Part shown: positions 21,281-30,017 of the stretch, one piece after another | Layout: every line of letters starts with the position of its first letter | Numbering within the stretch: position 1 is the stretch's first letter | From: Candidatus Rokuibacteriota bacterium | GTDB lineage: Bacteria; Methylomirabilota; Methylomirabilia; Rokubacteriales; CSP1-6 | DNA: 33,077 bases | Reading direction: 5' to 3' | Assembly: GCA_046712525.1 (NCBI GenBank) | Contig: JBKKCN010000450.1 | Location: forward strand, 1 to 33,077 | Made by a program: the position numbers and the translations under genes | Notes under the pieces: generated by a model | What the model was told of the DNA's origin: nothing | The model's input: only the letters and a program-made list of their open reading frames with translations | Database searches by the model: none

Positions 21281-21758
21281 CCCTCTCCCTCTCGTTGGCG
21301 ACATAGGCTGCGGCCTCGGAGCGAACGGAACGTGACTGAGAAGAGGGGGTCGAATCAGATCAGGAAGGACGCGTGCAGCAAGAACAGCGGGACACCGGTC
21401 TGGTCCCGTATCGATCGAACAGCGAGGGCCAGGGCCGCCATCGGGCGGGCACATGGCACAAGTGATATGGGCTGCGCCGCGAGCGCGGTGGTGACGCCGG
21501 GGAGCGTGAGGCTCGCTGTGCGGGACGTTGTCGCATCACACGATGCGACGTGGGAGGCTGCGGCGCCCCCGTCCGACGGCCCGTGCGATTCGGTCAATGT
21601 GACAAAGGGAGTATGAACGGAGAACGGCAGCGGGACGATATGGCCGAAGAAAACCAGGATGGTGAGCGCCAACAGCATCGAGCGCAGGAGACCTCCACGC
21701 ACGCAGGATGCAGATGTGGCGCTCATGCGGCCGACACTACACGCCGTACATCTGTCAA
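21281..21758. repeat. copy B of the diverged ~480-bp direct repeat (partner 19696..20180)
   Basis: See copy A. The 26-nt left end is identical, while the coding part has diverged (~60% aa identity by eye). Confidence 0.8.
21355..21726 (-). CDS. small membrane-anchored His/Cys protein (123 aa), paralog B
   Basis: Track ORF trimmed to MSATSAS (ATG 21726). Conserved blocks are as in paralog A. It starts 28 nt after the ATPase stop. Confidence 0.6.
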   Translation of the reverse strand: MSATSASCVRGGLLRSMLLALTILVFFGHIVPLPFSVHTPFVTLTESHGPSDGGAAASHVASCDATTSRTASLTLPGVTTALAAQPISLVPCARPMAALALAVRSIRDQTGVPLFLLHASFLI

Positions 21759-24295
21759 CGTGAAGCGCCACGCTCTGACCGCGTCCTCTCGGACTCCCGT
21801 GGCTCCTCGCCGGCGCCGCGTGATCGACGGACCGCGGTGAGGCCGAGCAACAGGAGCGCGGGCAGCGCGCCGGCCATGGCCAGCGCCCAATCCGCGCGGT
21901 GCAACGGCTCGAGGTGAAGGACGCGCGCGAGCGGCGGCGTCTGCACGAGGACGATCGCGGAGGCGATGGTCGCCGCTGACACGAACCAGGCCGCGCGCGT
22001 GCGGAGCCGGCTCAGCGCCGCGGTCAGGCAGCCGCTCGCGATGGCGAGCGTCGCCAGCGCCGCCGCCCGGCCGTGCTCCACCCCGCCCGGCTCGCTCGCG
22101 CTCCGTACGTACGCCAGGACCACGGTCACGGTGATGATCCCACCGATGAGCGCGATGAGGAGCCAGTCGCGCCCGCGAAACAGGATCGCCCGCTGCGGCG
22201 CCGCCACGCGCTGGAGCGGGCCCGCCGGCAGCTCCTGGAACACGAGTAATGCCGAGGGATGGATGATCAGCTCCACCCACACGATGTGCACCGGGAGGTA
22301 AAGCAACGGGTAGCCGAGGAGCGGAATCGCGAGCGCGGAGACGACGAACGGAGCATGGATCATCAAGAGGTACTGGAAGCTCGTCCGGAGGTTCGCGAAG
22401 AGCTGGCGCCCTTCGCCGATGGCCCGGACGATCGTGCGGAAGTTGTCGTCGAGAAGCACGATCGCCGCCACCTCGCGGGCGCTCCGCGTGCCGCGCTCGC
22501 CCATGGCGATCCCGACGTCGGCCGCCTGGAGCGCCGGCACGTCGTTCACCCCGTCGCCCGTCACCGCCACGATCTCGCCGGCCGCCTGGAGTCCTCGCAC
22601 GAGCGTCAGCTTCTGGGACGGCGTGGCCCGGGCGACGACGTCGACGCTCCTGAGCCGCTGCGTCTCGCCGCGTGCCGCCAGCTGTTCCATCTCGTCGCCC
22701 GTCACGACGCGCGGCCCCTGCCCGCCCAGGCCGATCGCTCGGGCCACCGCGCGCGCCGTCAAGGGATGGTCTCCCGTCACCATGATGGCGTGAATCCCGG
22801 CCCCGCGGCACGCGCGGATTGCTTCGCTCACGCCCTCGCGCACCGGATCCCCGAACGCGAGCAGCCCGGCCCACCGAAAGCCCGCCGCGGGCTCGCCTCC
22901 TGTGCCGTCTCCGGTCTCGGTGGGCCGCCAGGCGCACGCGATGACCTTGTGCCCCTCCTCGGCGAGGGCGGCGATGTCCGACAGCGCCTGGGAACGTTCG
23001 CTCTCGCTCGCATCGCACATGCCGAGGATCGTCTCCGCCGCGCCCTTGGTGACGGCGATGACCGCGCCGAGCTTGTCGCGAACGATCGCGGTCTCCCGCT
23101 TGCGGCCCTCCGTGAACGGGAACGTGGCCAGACGCGCGAGGCCGTCCAGGTCGATGTCCATCGTGGCGGCTTCAGCAATGACGGCGAGGTCGAGCGGGTC
23201 GCCGCTCTCGGCGCGGGAGGCAAACGTGGTGAGACGAAGCAGGTCGGCGTCGTCGACACCGCGCACGGGCCGGAGATGCGTGAGGCGAAGCCGGCCTTCG
23301 GTGATCGTGCCGGTCTTGTCGGAGCAGACCGTCGTGACGCGCCCGATGTTCTCCACGGACACCGCTCGCCGCACCAGCGCCTGGCGCCTTGCGAGCCGAA
23401 AGACCCCGACGCCGAGGAAGAACGTGAAGACAACAGGGAACTCTTCCGGCAGCGCGGCGACGGCGAGCGTCACCGCGCTCACCAGAGCGTCGAGCCACCC
23501 GTAGCCCTGACGGAGGCGGACCGCGGCCAGGATCAGGCAAAGAACCGCGGCAACGGCCAGAAGCAGTCCGACGAGGTGCTTGATGGCGGTCTGGAGCGGC
23601 GTGAGCGCGCGCTGTCCTCGCACGGCCGACCGGACGATCTCGCCGTAGAGGGTCTCGCCTCCTGTGAAGACGACGCGCACGAGCGCCTCACCTGTCAGCA
23701 GGCGCGTGCCCGCGAACCCCCAGTGCAGCGTCTCGACCAGGGGTTCGTCTCCCTGGCCGACAGGCTCCTGCAGGGCGCGCTTCGGAGCCGGGTATGCCTC
23801 GCCCGTCAACGTCGACTCGTCGGCCTGGAGCTCGGTACCGGCGACGACGAGGCCGTCGGCCGGAAAGGGCTCGCCCGACCCCACGCGCGCAAGATCCCCC
23901 GGTACGAGCTCCAGTACGTTCACCTCGACGCGGCGGCCGTCACGCACGACCACTGCCCGCTCGGCGAGGCGGGCCCTGAGCCCCTCGGCAGAGGCCTGAC
24001 TCCGCCAGTGCAGGAAGGCGTCCATGCCCACCAGCGGCACGAGGGCGACGAGCAGGATCACAGCCTCGCCGAACTCCCCGACCACGGTGTAGAGCACGCT
24101 CGTGCCCCCCAGGAACCAGAGCATCGGATCCTTGGCGGTGTCGCGAGCGAGCTCTCGCCAGCGGGCGGGTGGCGTCTCGACGATCGTGTTGGCCCCGTAC
24201 CGCTGCCGCCGCTCACTCGCCTCGGTCGTGGTGAGCCCGCGCTCCGACCCGAGCAAGTCGCGTAGCCGTTCGAGCGGGACGGCCCGTCGAGTCAC
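21755..24295 (-). CDS. cation-transporting P-type ATPase (HAD-IC; non-heavy-metal, atypical transport-site motifs)
   Basis: 846-aa track ORF with a GTG start. Motifs present: TGEA, CSDKTGTIT, VTGDGVNDVPALQAADVGIAMG. TM4 reads ALPEEFP (not PEGLP and not CPC) and TM6 reads VWVELIIHPS. Confidence 0.9.
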   Translation of the reverse strand: MTRRAVPLERLRDLLGSERGLTTTEASERRQRYGANTIVETPPARWRELARDTAKDPMLWFLGGTSVLYTVVGEFGEAVILLVALVPLVGMDAFLHWRSQASAEGLRARLAERAVVVRDGRRVEVNVLELVPGDLARVGSGEPFPADGLVVAGTELQADESTLTGEAYPAPKRALQEPVGQGDEPLVETLHWGFAGTRLLTGEALVRVVFTGGETLYGEIVRSAVRGQRALTPLQTAIKHLVGLLLAVAAVLCLILAAVRLRQGYGWLDALVSAVTLAVAALPEEFPVVFTFFLGVGVFRLARRQALVRRAVSVENIGRVTTVCSDKTGTITEGRLRLTHLRPVRGVDDADLLRLTTFASRAESGDPLDLAVIAEAATMDIDLDGLARLATFPFTEGRKRETAIVRDKLGAVIAVTKGAAETILGMCDASESERSQALSDIAALAEEGHKVIACAWRPTETGDGTGGEPAAGFRWAGLLAFGDPVREGVSEAIRACRGAGIHAIMVTGDHPLTARAVARAIGLGGQGPRVVTGDEMEQLAARGETQRLRSVDVVARATPSQKLTLVRGLQAAGEIVAVTGDGVNDVPALQAADVGIAMGERGTRSAREVAAIVLLDDNFRTIVRAIGEGRQLFANLRTSFQYLLMIHAPFVVSALAIPLLGYPLLYLPVHIVWVELIIHPSALLVFQELPAGPLQRVAAPQRAILFRGRDWLLIALIGGIITVTVVLAYVRSASEPGGVEHGRAAALATLAIASGCLTAALSRLRTRAAWFVSAATIASAIVLVQTPPLARVLHLEPLHRADWALAMAGALPALLLLGLTAVRRSRGAGEEPRESERTRSERGASR

Positions 24296-24374
24296 TGTTC
24301 GGCGATGTGGCGAGAAAAGAACATGGCGTCAGACAGATCGGCCGGGCCGGTCGACCTGGCGGACCATCGTCGCG

Positions 24375-25274
24375 TCAGCGCACGACGAGCACGGGCACCG
24401 GCGAGTGGTTCAAGGCGCCCTCCGCCACGCTCCCAAGGAGCGCGCGCTCGACGCCGCCGACGGCGCGCGCGCCGACCATCAAGAGGTGGCCCCCGCATTG
24501 GTCGACGACCTCGAGTAACTCGGCCAGCGGTGCGCCGGCCCGCACCTCCATCCGGACGTTCCACCCGGCGCGCCTGAGCCGGGCGGCGGCCCGTTCCACC
24601 CCGCGTCTCGCGCGGCGCATCCGCTCCGCGTTCAACGCCGCGAGCCCATGGCGGAGGGTCGCGCTCACGGAAGGTGGCAGGAGCGCGGCGGTGGGAATCG
24701 CCACCGGCTCGACCACGCCCACCACCGTGACCCGTGCTCCGCGGTCGGGCTTGAAGCGCGCCGCGAGCTCCGCCGCCCGCCGGGCGTTCGGGGAGCCGTC
24801 GACGCCGATCACGATCCGCCGAATCTCTCTCGGGCGGCGCCGCACGACGAGCACGGCACTGGTGGCGCGCCGTACCACGCCGCGGGACACGCTCCCCATG
24901 AGCAAACGCCGGAACCCGCCGTGGCCTCTCCAGCCAAGCACGATGACGTCCGCAGAGAACCGCTTGGCCTCGCGGAGAATCCCGTCCACCGGAGGCTCGC
25001 TGACGGTGACCACTTCGGCGTCGGGCCACCGTCGCGCGAATTCCCGGCGGGCGCTCGCGGCGAGGCGGTCGAAGCTCCGCACCAACGCGACCCGCACGTA
25101 CTCCGGTTTGCCCCGAAGCCAACTCGGCGCCGACGCCACTGCACCGCGCCCGCGCGTGCCGCGAGGCCACGGGAATGCGAGCGCGGTCATCAATGCTGCC
25201 TGCGCCGGCGCCGATCCGTCCATCGCAATCAGCACGCGAAAGCCCCGTCGTCTGACCGTTGAGCGTCTCTTCAT
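24375..25274 (-). CDS. universal stress protein, tandem UspA domains
   Basis: 299-aa track ORF with two Usp units: VLIAMDGS...VLGWRGHGGFRRLLMGSVSRGVVRRATSAVLVV and IVIGVDGS...MVGARAVGGVERALLGSVAEGALNHSPVPVLVV. Confidence 0.85.
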   Translation of the reverse strand: MKRRSTVRRRGFRVLIAMDGSAPAQAALMTALAFPWPRGTRGRGAVASAPSWLRGKPEYVRVALVRSFDRLAASARREFARRWPDAEVVTVSEPPVDGILREAKRFSADVIVLGWRGHGGFRRLLMGSVSRGVVRRATSAVLVVRRRPREIRRIVIGVDGSPNARRAAELAARFKPDRGARVTVVGVVEPVAIPTAALLPPSVSATLRHGLAALNAERMRRARRGVERAAARLRRAGWNVRMEVRAGAPLAELLEVVDQCGGHLLMVGARAVGGVERALLGSVAEGALNHSPVPVLVVR

Positions 25275-25486
25275 CGTCTCAAGCGCCCCCTCGCCTCATC
25301 TGGTCACCACTGTTGCACCCGACTCCTCGAGAGAGCCCTCAATGTCCCGGTGCGAAGCTGGCGTCCGGATCCAGTCGCACCAGAGAGCGAGCCCGAGCGT
25401 CGTGGCCACGGGCCCCAGGAAGTGTCCAATGGAGCCGAACGCTACCGCTGAGCAGCCACGACCGCAACACGCAACAACGAAGGCCC

Positions 25487-28156
25487 TTACCCACTGCGCC
25501 TCGCAGAACGCCCGCGCCTGGCCTCGACTGCCCTCGCGACCCACTTCTCCGCCTCCACGGCGAAGAAGATGACCGACGAGACCGCGAGTACCAGCACAAG
25601 CTCGGCCACCGTCAGCGGTTCGGTGTTGAAGATGCCGTTGAGGAAGGGCACGTAGATCACCGCCATCTGGAGCCCGATCGTCAGCGCGACGGCACCGGCG
25701 AGCGGGGCATTGGACAGCAGGCCCAGCGTGAACAGCGACTCGCGCTCGGAGCGGATGGCGAGCACGTGGGCGAGCTGGGAAAAGCTCAGGACCGTGAAGA
25801 CCATCGTCTGCCAGTGCGCCGAGCCGGCGTGGAGCGCCTCGGTCCCGAGCGCCAACGCTCCCATGAGCATCCCCACCCAGACGACGTGGAGCCCGAGGCC
25901 GTGCGCGAAGATGCTCTCTTTCGGCGGACGGGGCGGCCGTCGCATGACGCTCCGCTCTGCCGGCTCCGCCGCGAGCGCGAGCCCCGGAAGCCCGTCCGTC
26001 ACCAGGTTGATCCACAGGATATGGATCGGCAGGAGCGGCATCGGAAGGCCGAGGAACGGCGCCAGGAAGATGGTCCACACTTCGCCGGAGTTCGTCGTCA
26101 GGCCGTACCGGACGAAGCGCCGGAGGTTGTCGTAGATCCTCCGGCCCTCGCGCACGGCCCGCACGATCGTAGCGAAGTTATCGTCGAGGAGGATCATGGC
26201 GCTCGCCTCTCTGCTGACGTCGGTGCCGGTGATCCCCATCGCCACGCCGATGTCGGCCTGCTTCAGGGCCGGCGCGTCGTTCACGCCGTCGCCGGTCATG
26301 GCCACGATCTCGCCCCGGGCCTGGAGCGCCCGGACGATGCCGAGCTTCTGCTCGGGCGCAACCCGCGCATAGACCCGGATGTCTCCCACCCGTTGCTCCA
26401 GCTCTGCGGGGGAGAGGCGAGCGAGCTCACGACCGGTCACGACCCCGTCGCCGTTCTCGACAATCCCCAGCCGAGCGGCGATCGCGCGCGCCGTGAGGGA
26501 ATGATCGCCGGTGATCATGACGAGGACGATCCCGGCGCTCTTACAGGCCATGACCGCCTCCCGGGCCTCCTCCCGTGGGGGATCGATAAGACCGACAAGC
26601 CCGAGCAGGACGAGGTCGCGCTCGACGCGATCGGCGATCTCGCCCGGCGTGGTCGGCCACCGGCGCATGGCCAGCGCAAGCACCCTGAGACCGTCCGACG
26701 CCATCCGCTCGCTCAGCTCGAGGAGCGCGGCGCGCGGCAAGGGAACGGGGCCCGCGGACGTGAGCAGCTGCGTCGAGAGGTCGAGCATGACCTCCGCGGC
26801 TCCCTTCGTGTAGGAGACAAAGCCTCCCTCCGCCACGGCGTGGATCGTGGTCATGCGCTTTCGCTCGGAGTCGAACGGCAGCTCCGCGACGCGGGGCAGA
26901 GCCTGCTCGAGCTCGGCCTTCAGCGCGCGGGCGTCCTCGGCGGCGAGATAGAGCGCGACCTCGGTCGGATCCCCGACGGCGCGGCCAGCGTCATCCCGAC
27001 GGGCGTCATTGCTGAGGGCCATCGCCCGCAGCAGCTCTTCCCAGGACCCGCCGCGTCGAGGCGTCCGCTGGAGGGCCCCGTCGCAGTACAGCTCCTCGAC
27101 CCGCATCCGGTTCAGCGTCAGCGTCCCGGTCTTGTCCGAGCAGATGTACGTGACCGAACCGAGCGTTTCTACGGCCGGGAGCCGTCGCACAAGGGCCTGC
27201 TGCTCGGCCATCTTCCGCGCGCCGAGCGCCAGCGTGATCGTCACGATGGCGGGCAGCGCCTCGGGGATCGCAGCCACGGCCAGGCTCACCGCGGTCAGGA
27301 ACATCAGCAACGGGGCCTCGCCGCGGAGGAGGCCGGCGCCGAAGACGATCGCCGAGATCACCAGCGCCACCACCACCAGGACGCGCCCGAAAGCGGCCAG
27401 CCGCCGCTGGAGCGGGGTCCTGACCTCGGCGGCCTGCTGGAGCATGGTGGCGATCTTGCCGAACTCGGTCTGCATGCCGGTCGCCACCACCACGCCGCTG
27501 CCGCGGCCGTAGGTGACCACCGTGCCCTTGTACGCCATGTTCGCCCGGTCACCGATCGGCAGCCCTTCATCGGAGAGCGCCTGCACCGCCTTGTCGACGG
27601 ACACCGACTCCCCGGTGAGAGTGGCCTCGTCGACCTTCAGCGATGCGACCTCGAGGAGCCGCAGGTCCGCGGGGACGATGGCGCCGGCTTCGAGGAGCAC
27701 GATGTCCCCCGGTACGATGTCGGCGGCCCGGACCTGACCCGGGTGTCCCTCTCGCAGCACGTTCGCCGTGGGCGCGGCCATGGCCTTGAGCGCGGCCATC
27801 GCCCGCTCGGCGCGATACTCCTGGACGAAGCCGAGCACCGCGTTCAGCACCACGATGGTGAGGATCACCACAGCATCCTTGGCGCCGCCGATGAGCGCCG
27901 ACACCAGGGCGGCGGCCACGAGCACGAGGATCATGAAGTCGGTGCACTGCGAAAGGAGCATCCCGATCACCGTCCGCCCCGGGGCTTCGGCGAGCGTGTT
28001 CGGGCCGTTCTCGCTCAGACGCCGGCGCGCCTCCTCGGATGCGAGGCCCCGAGGCGACGTGCCGAGCGCCTCGAGCACCGCCTCGCAAGGGAGGCAGTGC
28101 CACGGCAGCGTGATGCGCTCGCGAGCTCGATCCGACGACTCAGCGGAGACGGACAC
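25487..28156 (-). CDS. P2-type (Ca2+-ATPase-like) cation-transporting P-type ATPase
   Basis: 889-aa track ORF. Motifs present: TGESVSV, CSDKTGTLT, MTGDGVNDAPALKQADIGVAMG. TM4 reads AIPEALPAIVT and TM6 reads LWINLVTDGLPGLALAAEP, as in SERCA/PMCA-like pumps. Confidence 0.9.
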   Translation of the reverse strand: MSVSAESSDRARERITLPWHCLPCEAVLEALGTSPRGLASEEARRRLSENGPNTLAEAPGRTVIGMLLSQCTDFMILVLVAAALVSALIGGAKDAVVILTIVVLNAVLGFVQEYRAERAMAALKAMAAPTANVLREGHPGQVRAADIVPGDIVLLEAGAIVPADLRLLEVASLKVDEATLTGESVSVDKAVQALSDEGLPIGDRANMAYKGTVVTYGRGSGVVVATGMQTEFGKIATMLQQAAEVRTPLQRRLAAFGRVLVVVALVISAIVFGAGLLRGEAPLLMFLTAVSLAVAAIPEALPAIVTITLALGARKMAEQQALVRRLPAVETLGSVTYICSDKTGTLTLNRMRVEELYCDGALQRTPRRGGSWEELLRAMALSNDARRDDAGRAVGDPTEVALYLAAEDARALKAELEQALPRVAELPFDSERKRMTTIHAVAEGGFVSYTKGAAEVMLDLSTQLLTSAGPVPLPRAALLELSERMASDGLRVLALAMRRWPTTPGEIADRVERDLVLLGLVGLIDPPREEAREAVMACKSAGIVLVMITGDHSLTARAIAARLGIVENGDGVVTGRELARLSPAELEQRVGDIRVYARVAPEQKLGIVRALQARGEIVAMTGDGVNDAPALKQADIGVAMGITGTDVSREASAMILLDDNFATIVRAVREGRRIYDNLRRFVRYGLTTNSGEVWTIFLAPFLGLPMPLLPIHILWINLVTDGLPGLALAAEPAERSVMRRPPRPPKESIFAHGLGLHVVWVGMLMGALALGTEALHAGSAHWQTMVFTVLSFSQLAHVLAIRSERESLFTLGLLSNAPLAGAVALTIGLQMAVIYVPFLNGIFNTEPLTVAELVLVLAVSSVIFFAVEAEKWVARAVEARRGRSARRSG

Positions 28157-28167
28157 GGCGGCGAGCC

Positions 28168-28425
28168 TCAGCGGCAGGCGCCCAGCGGCGGAGGCGTGGC
28201 CGCCGGCTCAACACGGACACGTGCGTCGACGACGGCGGCACCGCTCTCGAGGACGACGACCGGGTTGCAGTCGAGCTCGACGACCTGGGGACGATCGTCC
28301 GCCGCCTTGCCGGCCGCTTCGGCGTCGGTGACGACGCGCTGATCGATGACTGGATCGCCGGCGCGGAAAGCCTCGGGGACACTACGCGCCGACACGATCT
28401 TCCGTCGCAGATCGCGGTCGGTCAC
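28168..28425 (-). pseudogene. orphan gene fragment (CBS-motif tail plus ATP-grasp/ADP-forming acyl-CoA-synthetase-like C-terminus)
   Basis: The track ORF (85 aa, GTG start) is preceded in frame by TAG-A-G-I, so the CBS-type motif GIVTDRDL is cut by a stop. The C-terminus VVELDCNPVVVLESGAAVVDARVRVEP resembles the end of NDP-forming acyl-CoA synthetase/Pat-type proteins. Confidence 0.35.
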
Positions 28426-28470
28426 GATGCCAGCCTAGCACGGAGGAACCACGATCCTGCCGGGGCCGTC

Positions 28471-28493
28471 CGTGGCGCGGACCCCGCGCCACG
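28471..28493. promoter_or_regulatory. perfect 10-bp inverted repeat (cgtggcgcgg-acc-ccgcgccacg) in the divergent intergenic region
   Basis: Read directly. It abuts the AT-rich promoter-like segment of the regulator gene. It could be an operator or a hairpin. Confidence 0.4.
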
Positions 28494-28512
28494 CGAATAT
28501 AGCGAATATAAT
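28493..28512 (+). promoter_or_regulatory. tandem GCGAATATA x2 containing a perfect TATAAT (28507..28512) 9 nt upstream of ATG 28522
   Basis: This is the only AT-rich patch in the intergenic region. There is no SD before the ATG, so the mRNA would be near-leaderless. Confidence 0.4.
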
Positions 28513-28521
28513 GACGGTCCG

Positions 28522-29922
28522 ATGACCGAGTCGAGTCGCATTCTGATCGTCGACGACGAGCCGGACATGGTGGACAACTGCGCGCGCATCCTTCGGCGCG
28601 CGGGCTACAAGTGCCTCACCGCCACCGATCCGCAGCGCGCACTCGCCTATCTCGAGGCCGACCGACCCGACGTGCTCCTTACCGATCTCAAGATGCCGGA
28701 GATGGACGGCATGGAGCTCCTGCGCCGGGCGCATGCGCTGGACCCCGCCCTGCCCGTCATCTTCATCACCGCCTTCGCCACCATCGAATCCGCGGTGGAC
28801 GCCGTCAAGCACGGCGCCTTCGACTACCTGCCGAAAAACTTCTCCGTCGACCAGCTCTCGGTCACGGTGGAGCGCGCCTTGCGCCAGCGACGGCTGCAGG
28901 TCGAGAACCGCAACCTGCGCGATCAGCTTCAGGAAACACTGGGGCTGGACAACGTCATCGGCAGGAGCCCGGCGATGGCGCAGGTCTTCGAGCTCGTGAA
29001 GAAGGCGGCCCGCTCGGAAGCGAACATTCTCATCCTCGGCGAGTCGGGGACGGGCAAGGAGCTCATTGCGCGCGCCGTGCACGCCAACAGCCCGCGCGCG
29101 GCGCAGGCGTTCGTGCCCGTGGACTGCGCCTCGCTGCCCGAGCCGCTGCTGGAGTCCGAGCTCTTCGGGCACGAGAAGGGCGCCTTCACGGGCGCGGTGA
29201 AGACGAAACCCGGGCTGCTGGAGAGCGCGAGCGGGGGCACCGTCTTCCTCGACGAGATCGGCGAGCTGCCGCTCGCCCTGCAGAGCAAGCTGCTGCGCAC
29301 GCTGCAGGAGCGCCAGGTCCGCCGTGTGGGCGGCACCACGCTCGTGGACGTCGACGTGCGGATCGTCTCGGCGACCAATCGCGACGTGCGCGGGGCGGTG
29401 GCGAAGGGCAACTTCCGCGAGGAGCTGCTGTACCGGATCAACGTGATCGCCATCGTGCTGCCGCCGCTTCGGGAGCGCGCGGGCGACGTGCGCCTCCTCG
29501 CCCACGCCTTTCTCAAGCGCTACGGCGCCGGGCGCGTCACCGCCTACGATGAGGAGGCGATGGAAGCGCTGGAGCGCTACGCATGGCCGGGCAACGTGCG
29601 CGAGCTGCAGAACGTCGTCGAGCGTGCGTGCGCACTCGCCGACGGCGCCACCGTGACCCGACGCGACCTGCCGGAGCACCTCGTGCAGGGCGCTCGCCTC
29701 ACCGAGGCCGCCGGCACGGCACTGCCCGCCGACGCGCGCCTGGCTGACACCACGGACCTCGGCCTCAAGGACGCCAAGGAAAAGTGGATGAGCGTGCTCG
29801 AAGCCGCGTATCTAAAAGATTTGCTCGCCCGCCACGGCGGCAACATCACCGCCGCCGCCAAGACGGCCGGCATCGACCGCAAGACGTTCCACCGCCTGCT
29901 CAACAAGCACGCCATCAAGTAG
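28522..29922 (+). CDS. sigma-54-dependent Fis-family response regulator (NtrC-type bEBP)
   Basis: 466-aa track ORF. It has a receiver domain ([10 protein letters not shown]...[14 protein letters not shown]), an AAA+ sigma-54 interaction module ([34 protein letters not shown]) and a C-terminal Fis-type HTH ([23 protein letters not shown]). Confidence 0.9.
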   Translation: MTESSRILIVDDEPDMVDNCARILRRAGYKCLTATDPQRALAYLEADRPDVLLTDLKMPEMDGMELLRRAHALDPALPVIFITAFATIESAVDAVKHGAFDYLPKNFSVDQLSVTVERALRQRRLQVENRNLRDQLQETLGLDNVIGRSPAMAQVFELVKKAARSEANILILGESGTGKELIARAVHANSPRAAQAFVPVDCASLPEPLLESELFGHEKGAFTGAVKTKPGLLESASGGTVFLDEIGELPLALQSKLLRTLQERQVRRVGGTTLVDVDVRIVSATNRDVRGAVAKGNFREELLYRINVIAIVLPPLRERAGDVRLLAHAFLKRYGAGRVTAYDEEAMEALERYAWPGNVRELQNVVERACALADGATVTRRDLPEHLVQGARLTEAAGTALPADARLADTTDLGLKDAKEKWMSVLEAAYLKDLLARHGGNITAAAKTAGIDRKTFHRLLNKHAIK

Positions 29923-30017
29923 TCGCGCGGGGCCGCCGCGCCCCACCGGGGTAGGCCTGCCCCACCATCGCCCAGGTCCTCCTCCGATAAGTGAGTGTTT
30001 TCGCTGGCCGCAAGACG

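Noticed and set aside
21723-24265. ORFs 22259..24265 (+, 668 aa) and 21723..23018 (-, 431 aa)
   Set aside because: They are the antisense and alternative-frame shadows of ATPase-1. Their composition is dominated by Arg/Gly/Ala/Pro. No domain signatures were seen.
25275-25486. Possible small TM ORF (…SIGHFLGPVATTLGLALWCDWI…) and promoter signals in the 212-nt gap between ATPase-2 and the tandem USP
   Set aside because: There is no in-frame start with an SD. I found no sigma-54 or clear sigma-70 element and no conserved structure. Left as plain intergenic sequence.
21755-28156. Calling the two P-type ATPases copper/heavy-metal (P1B) pumps because of the metal-associated neighbours
   Set aside because: Neither has a CPC/CPH/SPC motif in TM4/TM6 or an N-terminal HMA (GMxCxxC) domain. 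The TM4 motifs are PE(A/E)(L/F)P, i.e. P2-like.
25259-28342. 1027-aa plus-strand ORF, the longest in the window
   Set aside because: It lies antisense to the well-supported P-type ATPase (25487..28156). Its translation is Arg/Gly/Asp/His/Pro-rich low complexity with no motifs. This is a typical shadow ORF of GC-rich DNA.
28435-29679. 414-aa minus-strand ORF
   Set aside because: It is antisense to the sigma-54 activator gene, which carries unmistakable receiver, AAA+ and HTH motifs. The antisense translation has none.
29924-29947. GC-rich hairpin (gcgcgg-ggccg-ccgcgc) after the bEBP stop, considered as a terminator
   Set aside because: The stem is short and no T-tract follows. It cannot be distinguished from random GC-rich self-complementarity.
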